Positions 17,595 to 24,953 of a stretch of 32,000 nucleotides of DNA are shown here, in pieces. Below the pieces are notes generated by a model. The model was not told the origin of the DNA, did not search any database, and saw only the letters and a program-made list of their open reading frames with translations. Numbering within the stretch: position 1 is the stretch's first letter; each line of letters begins with the position of its first letter. The stretch comes from Geotalea daltonii FRC-32. GTDB taxonomy: Bacteria; Desulfobacterota; Desulfuromonadia; Geobacterales; Geobacteraceae. The translations under genes and the position numbers were made by a program. Location of the stretch: the NCBI RefSeq assembly GCF_000022265.1, contig NC_011979.1:1830001-1862000 (forward strand), in the 5' to 3' direction.

Positions 17595-17656
17595 TAGCTT
17601 TTTACTCCCTCTCCCCCTGGGAGAGGGTTGGGGTGAGGGGGGTGTAAGGATTTCAT

Positions 17657-18229
17657 ATGAAAATCCCAGAAGACATTCTGCGTTGTGCTCGTGATCTGCG
17701 AGGCGCACAGACCGACGCAGAAACTCTTCTCTGGCACCTATTGCGGAACCGAAACTTTTGCGGCTACAAATTTCGCCGACAGCATCCGGTTGGTCGATAC
17801 ATTCTCGACTTTTTCTGCCGGGAAGCAAACCTGGCAATAGAGTTGGATGGCGGTGGCCATGGTGATGCCGATCAGTCTGAGTATGACGAACAAAGAACGA
17901 GAGAGCTTGAAGGTGCAGGAATTAAAGTCCTGCGCTTCTGGAATAATGACTTGCTCAGAAAGACCGAAACGGTCTTAGAGAGCATATACGGCGAATTGCA
18001 GCAAAGGCTTCCCTCACCCGGCGCTTCGCACCACCCTCTCCCGGAGGGCGAGGGTAAGAAAAAGCACTCCTGCCCCGACTGCCATTTCTGCCAGTGGTGC
18101 TCCGATGACCGCTGCCGCATGTGTCGGGGGAAGGGATGCGGCGGGAAGCGAAAGCTCTCCATCGCTGAGCAGATCGCCCTCTACGATGCTTTAAACCAAA
18201 AATCTTCAGTTGAAAAAAAGAGTGGTTGA
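17657..18229 (+). CDS. DUF559 (Vsr-like) endonuclease-domain protein, read through repeat copy 2 into a 7-Cys C-terminal tail
   Basis: ARDLRGAQTDAETLLWHLLRNRNFCGYKFRRQHPVGRYILDFFCREANLAIELDGGGH...RTRELEGAGIKVLRFWNNDL is the DUF559 core. The tail reads HSCPDCHFCQWCSDDRCRMCRGKGC. Confidence 0.8.
   Translation: MKIPEDILRCARDLRGAQTDAETLLWHLLRNRNFCGYKFRRQHPVGRYILDFFCREANLAIELDGGGHGDADQSEYDEQRTRELEGAGIKVLRFWNNDLLRKTETVLESIYGELQQRLPSPGASHHPLPEGEGKKKHSCPDCHFCQWCSDDRCRMCRGKGCGGKRKLSIAEQIALYDALNQKSSVEKKSG
18003..18055 (+). repeat. 53-bp direct repeat, copy 2 (inside the 3' part of the DUF559 ORF)
   Basis: aaaggcttccctcacccggcgcTtCgcAccaccctctcccggagggcgagggt. It is translated as RLPSPGASHHPLPEGEG. 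Confidence 0.9.
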
Positions 18230-18257
18230 GCTTCCTCGGCTCAACCACTCTTTTTTT
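18213..18257. terminator. Bidirectional rho-independent terminator shared by the DUF559 ORF and proC
   Basis: A7-GAGTGGTTGAGC-(ttcctcg)-GCTCAACCACTC-T7 forms a perfect 12-bp stem with an A-run on one side and a T-run on the other. It lies between convergent genes. Confidence 0.85.
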
Positions 18258-18275
18258 CCTTATCCCACGAAATCG

Positions 18276-19088
18276 TTATTTCTTCCCCAGCTCCATGGAC
18301 CGTGCCGTAGCCGCATCCACTGCCGTGATGATGGCGTTGCGGAATCCCTCTTTTTCCATGGCAACCAATCCGGCAATGGTCGTGCCACCCGGCGATGTCA
18401 CCTTGTCACGGAGGACGGCGGGGTGTTCGCGGGTCTCCAGGAGCAGCTTTGCCGTGCCGAAAACCGTCTGCGCTGCCAGGCCTGTGGCCGCTTCGCGAGT
18501 CAGGCCGTTCTTTACCCCGGCGTCTGACAGTGCTTCAATAAATGTGAGCACATAGGCTGGGCCGCTGCCGGACAGCCCGGTGACGGCATCCAGCAGCTTT
18601 TCTTCCACAGTCCAGCTTTTCCCCACCATATCGAAGATGTGCCGGGCCAGGGAAAGATCTGCTGCAGTGGCATGACTGCCGGCACAGAGAGCGGAGGCTC
18701 CTTCCATGACCAGTGCCGGCGTATTTGGCATCACTCTCACAACCCGCGGCGCTCCTCCCAGGGAATTCTCGATGGCCTCGGTTTTGACCCCTGCCATGAT
18801 CGATATGAACAGCTGGTCCTGGCGCACGGTCCCCTTTATGTCCTGCAGAGCCTGATTGCAGGTTTGGGGTTTGATACAGAGCAGGATGGCATTGCAGGCA
18901 CCGGTGACGGCGCAGTTGTCATCGGTGACAGTCACCTCATATCGCTCCTGAAGAAAATCACGGCGTGCCCCCATGGGTTCGGCAATCAGCAGTTCCCTTG
19001 CCGGTACGCCACCGCCGATCAATCCTTTGATTAGGGCTTCCGCCATGTTGCCGCCGCCGATAAAACCGATTTTCCTGTCAGTAATCAT
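18276..19088 (-). CDS. proC: Pyrroline-5-carboxylate reductase
   Basis: MITDRKIGFIGGGNMAEALIKGL (Rossmann fold) and a C-terminal ...SPGGTTIAGL...LE motif. ATG at 19088 is preceded by GGAGA. The track's 19109 start adds 7 aa. Confidence 0.9.
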   Translation of the reverse strand: MITDRKIGFIGGGNMAEALIKGLIGGGVPARELLIAEPMGARRDFLQERYEVTVTDDNCAVTGACNAILLCIKPQTCNQALQDIKGTVRQDQLFISIMAGVKTEAIENSLGGAPRVVRVMPNTPALVMEGASALCAGSHATAADLSLARHIFDMVGKSWTVEEKLLDAVTGLSGSGPAYVLTFIEALSDAGVKNGLTREAATGLAAQTVFGTAKLLLETREHPAVLRDKVTSPGGTTIAGLVAMEKEGFRNAIITAVDAATARSMELGKK

Positions 19089-19308
19089 CGAATTTCTCCA
19101 ATCATGCATTCAGTTATTGGTGCTCAATAGGTAATAAATTCACCATTAAAAGTCAATAAAAAGGAACCCCCATCCGCCTTCCTGCTTTCGTCGTTGACAC
19201 TGCTGCCTTTTCCATGACCTCCAGGCCACCACAACTAATAGATTTATTTTCCTTTCTTCGATGTTATTTGCATCCAAAGTTTGACCTTTTTCTGCCGCTA
19301 AAAAAGAT

Positions 19309-19337
19309 TTGACTTGTTGAATTACTTATATTATAAA
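19309..19337 (+). promoter_or_regulatory. Candidate sigma70-type promoter for the HTH-cupin regulator
   Basis: TTGACT (19309-19314), a 17-nt spacer, then TATAAA (19332-19337), within a 340-bp AT-rich intergenic region. Confidence 0.4.
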
Positions 19338-19359
19338 CCTTAGCCGTTTGTGTCGAGAT

Positions 19360-19455
19360 TAAACATAAAGTTTAGAAATGCTAAACAAGGCATCAGACAA
19401 AAAGTTTACCATTACTAAACCATCTTTGTGCAAAGAGGCTGAAATGGTAAACTTT
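19360..19455 (+). promoter_or_regulatory. Candidate operator array with repeated GTTTA/TAAAC half-sites
   Basis: AAAGTTTAgaaatgCTAAAC (19367-19386) and AAAGTTTAccattaCTAAAC (19401-19420) are 20-mer direct repeats, each containing GTTTA-N7-TAAAC. Extra half-sites lie at 19360-19364 and 19448-19455. Confidence 0.35.
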
Positions 19456-19465
19456 GGAGGAATGC

Positions 19466-20011
19466 TTGAAGATCGGTGAAAGGTTGAAACGGCTGAGAAT
19501 GATCAATTCCCTGACCCAGGAAGAGCTGGCAAGCCGCGCCGACCTTACCAAAGGCTATATTTCGCAGCTGGAAAACGATGCCACATCCCCATCCATTGCC
19601 ACCTTGAAGGACATCATCGATGTCTTCGGCGTGAGCATGCAGGAATTTTTCAGTGAGACCATTGACGAGGATGTGGTCTACGGCAAGGACTATCGGGTGC
19701 AGGCCTCCGGTGACGACGAGAAGATCCGGGTGGAACTGCTGATTCCGGCCGCCCAGAACCGGGATATGGATCCGGCCATGGTGACCCTTGAGCCGGGTGA
19801 AGAGATGGAGGAGCAACCGTTCCACGAAGGGGAGGAGTTCGGCTTTGTCCTGAGTGGAAAGGTGCAGTTGAAGCTGGATGACAAGCTCTACACGGTGAAA
19901 AAGGACGAATGTTTCTATTTTGGCTCGGATAAAAAGCATTCGATCAAGAACATCGGCCGGACCCAGGCACGCATACTGTGGGTAGTAACGCCACCCACCT
20001 TTACCTATTGA
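19466..20011 (+). CDS. XRE-family HTH plus cupin-domain transcriptional regulator (PuuR-like architecture)
   Basis: IGERLKRLRMINSLTQEELASRADLTKGYISQLENDATSPSIATLKDIIDVFGVSMQEFFSE forms the HTH_3 domain. The cupin domain carries ...HEGEEFGFVLSGKV...HSIKN. TTG at 19466 lies 5 nt after GGAGG; TTG at 19454 is the longest alternative. Confidence 0.8.
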   Translation: MKIGERLKRLRMINSLTQEELASRADLTKGYISQLENDATSPSIATLKDIIDVFGVSMQEFFSETIDEDVVYGKDYRVQASGDDEKIRVELLIPAAQNRDMDPAMVTLEPGEEMEEQPFHEGEEFGFVLSGKVQLKLDDKLYTVKKDECFYFGSDKKHSIKNIGRTQARILWVVTPPTFTY

Positions 20012-20129
20012 GAGGGATGTGATCTTTACGCCATCTCGACGCGTCCTCGGAAATCCCTTTGTGCGGGTGCGCCGACCTGACGCAAATCTCGCATCCCTGT
20101 GGCAGTATCGCTTTTAAAAACCTATGGGG

Positions 20130-20180
20130 CGCCATATTTGCGCGCTGACGAGCCGGCGTCGTCAGCGCGCAAATATGGCG
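20130..20180. repeat. Perfect 21-bp-stem palindrome in the leader of the spermidine operon
   Basis: cgccatatttgcgcgctgacg (20130-20150), a 9-nt loop agccggcgt, then cgtcagcgcgcaaatatggcg (20160-20180). The stem extends with one mismatch to 20126/20184. It ends 23 nt before the ATG at 20204. Confidence 0.85.
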
Positions 20181-20203
20181 GCCCTTTCTATGGAGGAGTT
20201 GCC

Positions 20204-21397
<1,194 letters not shown>

Positions 21398-21404
21398 CGT
21401 TTTT

Positions 21405-21475
21405 CACCACGAAGGCACGAAGAGCACGAAGTTGTCATGATCTTTTTCTTCGTGCCCTTCGTGTTCTTCGTGGTG
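21405..21475. repeat. Heptamer-armed hairpin element (3x CACGAAG / 3x CTTCGTG)
   Basis: The left arm cac-CACGAAG-g-CACGAAG-ag-CACGAAG and the right arm CTTCGTG-cc-CTTCGTG-tt-CTTCGTG-gtg flank a 16-nt loop ttgtcatgatcttttt. The heptamers pair but the spacers do not. Confidence 0.85.
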
Positions 21476-21476
21476 A

Positions 21477-22646
21477 GTGAGGTTTTTTCTTTTGACCGGT
21501 ATCGATATAGACAAAATCCTTAAGCTGGCTCCATCCCCCGCCTATGTGGTGGACCTGGGACGGCTGCGCCATAACCTGGCTATCCTCGATGATGTGCAGA
21601 AGCGAAGTGGGGCCAAGATCCTTCTGGCGCTGAAGGCTTTCTCCATGTGGTCGGTGTTTCCCATTATCCGGGAGACACTCTATGGGGTCTGCGCCAGCAG
21701 TCCATGGGAGGCGCGGCTTGGGCGGGAAGAGTTCGACCGCGAGGTGCATTCCTTTGCCGCAGCATTCAAGGAAAGGGATGTGGTTGAGCTGTTGCCGCTC
21801 TCCAATCACTTGGTTTTCAACTCTTTCAACCAGCTGGAGCGGTTTCGCCCCCTGTGGGAAAAGGAGCGGGGCAGGGTGTCGGTTGGGTTGCGTGTAAACC
21901 CGGAACATTCCGAGGGGCATACGGCCATCTACGATCCATGTGCGGTCAATTCCCGGCTGGGCATCCCCCGACGGGAATTCGAAGGTCGGTCGTTGGAGGG
22001 GGTTGAAGGGCTTCATTTTCACACCCTCTGCGAGCAGCTGTTCGAGCCCCTGGAGCGGACAGTCAAAGTATTCGACGAGAAATTCGGCTCCTTCATGCCG
22101 GGTATGAAGTGGCTGAACCTGGGGGGCGGCCACCACATCACCCGTGAAGGCTACGATATCGATGGCCTGGTGGAGCTGGTCAAACACCTGAAGGCTAAGT
22201 ACGATGTGGAGGTTTACCTGGAACCGGGCGAGGCTATCGCCATCGGTACCGGCATTCTGGTCGGCGAGGTGATGGACGTGGTGAAGAACGGCATGGATAT
22301 CGCCATTCTGGATGTTTCCGCCACCTGCCATATGCCTGATGTGCTGGAAATGCCGTACCGTCCCGGCATCACGGGCGGTTTCGACCCTGGTGTCAAGGAG
22401 CATACCTACCGCCTGGGCGGGCCGTCATGTCTGGCAGGGGACGTGATCGGCGACTGGTCATTCGAAAAACCGCTGCAGCCTGGAGACCGGCTGGCTTTCG
22501 AAGACATGTCCCACTACACCATGGTGAAAACCACCACCTTTAACGGCATCCAGCACCCGGCCATCTGTACGTATGAACCGGAGACGGAGGAGCTGAAGGT
22601 GGTGCGGCAGTTTGATTATTCTGATTTCAAGAGCAGGTTGTCGTAA
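21477..22646 (+). CDS. nspC: Carboxy(nor)spermidine decarboxylase
   Basis: PLP-dependent group IV decarboxylase fold: SPAYVVDL...ILLALKAFS (PLP Lys)...LNLGGGHH...YLEPGEA...GPSCLAGD. The start is uncertain: GTG at 21477 abuts the hairpin, while TTG at 21492 has GAGTGAGG upstream. Confidence 0.9.
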   Translation: MRFFLLTGIDIDKILKLAPSPAYVVDLGRLRHNLAILDDVQKRSGAKILLALKAFSMWSVFPIIRETLYGVCASSPWEARLGREEFDREVHSFAAAFKERDVVELLPLSNHLVFNSFNQLERFRPLWEKERGRVSVGLRVNPEHSEGHTAIYDPCAVNSRLGIPRREFEGRSLEGVEGLHFHTLCEQLFEPLERTVKVFDEKFGSFMPGMKWLNLGGGHHITREGYDIDGLVELVKHLKAKYDVEVYLEPGEAIAIGTGILVGEVMDVVKNGMDIAILDVSATCHMPDVLEMPYRPGITGGFDPGVKEHTYRLGGPSCLAGDVIGDWSFEKPLQPGDRLAFEDMSHYTMVKTTTFNGIQHPAICTYEPETEELKVVRQFDYSDFKSRLS

Positions 22647-22653
22647 CGTTTTT

Positions 22654-22743
22654 CTGTCCCCCTTTGACAAAGGGGGACAGAGGGGGATTTGTCTTTGGTA
22701 TCCGGACAAAATCCCCCCTTACCCCCCCTTTTATAAAGGGGGG
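22654..22743. repeat. Three consecutive G/C-run hairpins between nspC and speA
   Basis: Hairpin 1 is ctgtcccccttt-gac-aaagggggacag, a perfect 12-bp stem (22654-22680). Hairpin 2 pairs gggggatttgtc with gacaaaatcccccc, with one bulge (22682-22718). Hairpin 3 is ccccccttt-tat-aaagggggg, a 9-bp stem (22723-22743). Confidence 0.85.
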
Positions 22744-22768
22744 ATTCGCATTATAAAGGTGGCAATGT

Positions 22769-24676
22769 ATGGAACGCTGGAACATCAACGATTCTTCTAA
22801 AATCTACAACCTGGACAACTGGGGAGCGGATCTCTTTTCCATTAACAAGAAAGGGAATGTCTGCGTGCATCCATCCCCCAGTTCCAAGAGTTCCATTGAC
22901 CTGCGGGTGTTGGTTGACGACCTGATCAAGCGGAAGATCAAACCTCCCATTCTGCTTCGCTTCATGGACGTGCTCCAGGGACGCATTGCCAGCATTAACC
23001 GGGCGTTTAAAAGTGCCATCTCGGAAAATGACTACCCGGCAAAGTACCAGACTTTCTTTCCGATCAAGGTCAACCAGCAGCGTCAGGTGGTGGAAGCGAT
23101 TGCCAGCTACGGCAAACGTTACAATATCGGTCTCGAAGTCGGTTCCAAGCCGGAGCTGGTGGCCGGCATCTCCATCTCCAGCGGCAACAACCTGCCTATC
23201 ATCTGCAACGGCTACAAGGACAGTGAGTATATAGAAACCGTGCTCTATGCCACAGCCATCGGCTACGACATCACTCTGGTCATTGAAAAGCTCTTCGAAC
23301 TGGAGAAGGTTATCGAGCTGGTGAAGAAGACCGGTATCCAGCCGCGGCTGGGCATCCGCGTCAAGCTTTCCTCCAAGGGGACTGGCAAATGGGCAACTTC
23401 TGGAGGGGAGGATGCCAAATTCGGCCTGCGCATGTCGGAGATCATCGCTGCCATCGACCTTCTGGAAGAGAACGGCCTCCTCGACCGGGTCAAGCTGATC
23501 CATTTCCACATCGGCAGCCAGATCACCAAGATCGACAAGATCAAGACCGCCCTCATCGAAGGTGCACGGGTCTACACCGAACTGCGCAAGATGGGGATGG
23601 GGATAGAATTCGTGGATATCGGCGGCGGATTGGGGGTCGATTATGACGGCTCCAAGTCCAGCTACTTTTCCAGCGTCAACTATTCCGTCGAGGAATATGC
23701 CAACGACGTCATCTATCAAATCAAGAATATCTGCGACGATGCCGGGGTGGAATGCCCCAACATCATCTCCGAGTCGGGCCGCGCTACCGTTGCCCATTAC
23801 TCGGTGCTGGTGACCAACGTGCTCAATACCAATACCCAGCGCCTTACCCCTGATTTCGAGGAGGAACTGGCAGCGGCGGAGAAACTGGCGCCGACGGTGA
23901 AGAAGCTGGTGGATATCCACAAAAGCATCGACCGCTATAGCCTGCGTGAGGATTACCACGACACCGTGCAGCTGATCCAGGAGGCGGTGAGCCTTTTCAA
24001 CCTGGGCTACCTGACCCTGAATGAACGGGCCATGGCCGAATGGCTCTACGGCAAGATCATCAAGAAGATCAACAGCATCGTCGAGAAGATCAAGCCGATC
24101 CCCGAGGAGCTGCAGAATTTCCAGTTGGCGCTACGGCAGACCTATTTCGCCAACTTTTCCCTCTTCCAGTCGATCCCCGACTCCTGGGCCATCGATCAAC
24201 TCTTCCCCATCGTGCCTATTCAGCGCCTCAATCAGAAGCCGGACGTTATCGCCTCCATCGCGGACATCACCTGCGATTCGGACGGGGAGATCACCAGCTT
24301 TGTCGGGGAGAACGGCCGGACCAAGTTCCTTCCCCTGCACAAGATCCGCAAGGACGAAGATTATTACATCGGCTTCTTCCTCATCGGCGCATACCAGGAG
24401 ATTTTGGGGGACATGCACAACCTGTTCGGCGACACCAATGCCGTACACATTACCTTCAACAAGAAAACAGGCTACATGATCGACACGGTCATTAACGGTG
24501 ACGCCTGCTGGGAGAGTCTCAAGTATGTCCAGTACAAGGGGCCAGAGATCCTGAAGCGGGTCAGGGAGCATCTTGAGAAGGGAGTGGCCCAGCGCAAGGT
24601 CTCCATCGAGGAAAGCAGCCACTTCATCGAGCTGTTGGACCGGACGCTGCTAGGATACACCTACCTCGGGGAGTGA
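22769..24676 (+). CDS. speA: Biosynthetic arginine decarboxylase
   Basis: MERWNINDSSKIYNLDNWG...FPIKVNQQ (PLP Lys)...HFHIGSQ...DIGGGLGVDYDG...CDSDG over 635 aa; full-length SpeA hallmarks. Confidence 0.95.
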   Translation: MERWNINDSSKIYNLDNWGADLFSINKKGNVCVHPSPSSKSSIDLRVLVDDLIKRKIKPPILLRFMDVLQGRIASINRAFKSAISENDYPAKYQTFFPIKVNQQRQVVEAIASYGKRYNIGLEVGSKPELVAGISISSGNNLPIICNGYKDSEYIETVLYATAIGYDITLVIEKLFELEKVIELVKKTGIQPRLGIRVKLSSKGTGKWATSGGEDAKFGLRMSEIIAAIDLLEENGLLDRVKLIHFHIGSQITKIDKIKTALIEGARVYTELRKMGMGIEFVDIGGGLGVDYDGSKSSYFSSVNYSVEEYANDVIYQIKNICDDAGVECPNIISESGRATVAHYSVLVTNVLNTNTQRLTPDFEEELAAAEKLAPTVKKLVDIHKSIDRYSLREDYHDTVQLIQEAVSLFNLGYLTLNERAMAEWLYGKIIKKINSIVEKIKPIPEELQNFQLALRQTYFANFSLFQSIPDSWAIDQLFPIVPIQRLNQKPDVIASIADITCDSDGEITSFVGENGRTKFLPLHKIRKDEDYYIGFFLIGAYQEILGDMHNLFGDTNAVHITFNKKTGYMIDTVINGDACWESLKYVQYKGPEILKRVREHLEKGVAQRKVSIEESSHFIELLDRTLLGYTYLGE

Positions 24677-24701
24677 GCGAAGGTCTATGAAAACTTGTGT
24701 C

Positions 24702-24863
24702 CTTCGTGACTTCGTGGTGGATTAGAAAAAAACCAAAACCTTTATCACCACTAAGACACTAAGAGCACTAAGGAAAACCCTTTGCAAGGGCAAAAACCAA
24801 AACCGCTACCACGAAGAGCACGAAGAAAATCTTTAAGGTTGATTCTCTTAGTGTCCTTGGTGG
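24702..24863. repeat. Composite heptamer-repeat element with interleaved complementary arms (A-B-A'-B')
   Basis: A is CTTCGTGaCTTCGTGgtgg (24702-24720). B is cacCACTAAGaCACTAAGagCACTAAGg (24746-24773). A' is ctacCACGAAGagCACGAAG (24806-24825). B' is CTTAGTGtcCTTGGTGg (24847-24863). The direct repeat aaaaaccaaaacc precedes both B and A'. Confidence 0.8.
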
Positions 24864-24884
24864 TTGGTTAGAGCCCCTCTTCGA

Positions 24885-24912
24885 AGCGCAGGCTGGTTGC
24901 CCGCGCTTTTTT
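24885..24912 (+). terminator. Probable rho-independent terminator ending the spermidine operon
   Basis: agcgcagg-ctggttg-cccgcgct forms a 7-bp stem with one mismatch, followed by TTTTTT (24907-24912). Confidence 0.5.
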
Positions 24913-24953
24913 GTTGGGTAAACTTTGAACCACTGTTCCCATTGGAGGTTCCC

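Larger units (their letters stand above)
17542..18055 (+). mobile_element. Putative DUF559 gene cassette delimited by 53-bp direct repeats (MITE/REP-associated selfish module?)
   Basis: Layout is direct repeat 1, then a hairpin-rich segment (17595-17645), then the DUF559 ORF, then direct repeat 2. No transposase or integrase is present, so mobility is only inferred. Confidence 0.35.

Noticed and set aside
17553-17837. A 94-aa minus-strand ORF ending ...PPSPQPSPRGRGSKKLTLALRERVAQRAG
   Set aside because: It is a translation of the structured repeat plus the antisense of the DUF559 5' end. It has no RBS. This is the typical spurious peptide produced by this repeat class.
22751-23959. Long antisense ORFs opposite well-supported genes. 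The 402-aa ORF here is opposite speA. Others are 21435-22403 opposite nspC, 27371-28363 across the porin and octaheme genes, 16645-17418 opposite the deacetylase, 5614-6468 opposite the B12-rSAM gene, and 7787-8590 / 7891-8565 over the NamZ gene.
   Set aside because: They have no recognisable motifs, and their composition is biased and low in complexity (rich in Gly, Arg, Asp and His). They have no RBS. Each lies opposite a gene with strong family signatures, which is the usual stop-codon-poor antisense-frame artefact of GC-biased coding DNA.
24864-24953. TTG at 24864 as the start of the MFS transporter
   Set aside because: The extension runs through the B' repeat arm and the putative terminator. 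GTG at 24954 has GGAGG 5 nt upstream and gives a typical MFS N-terminus.
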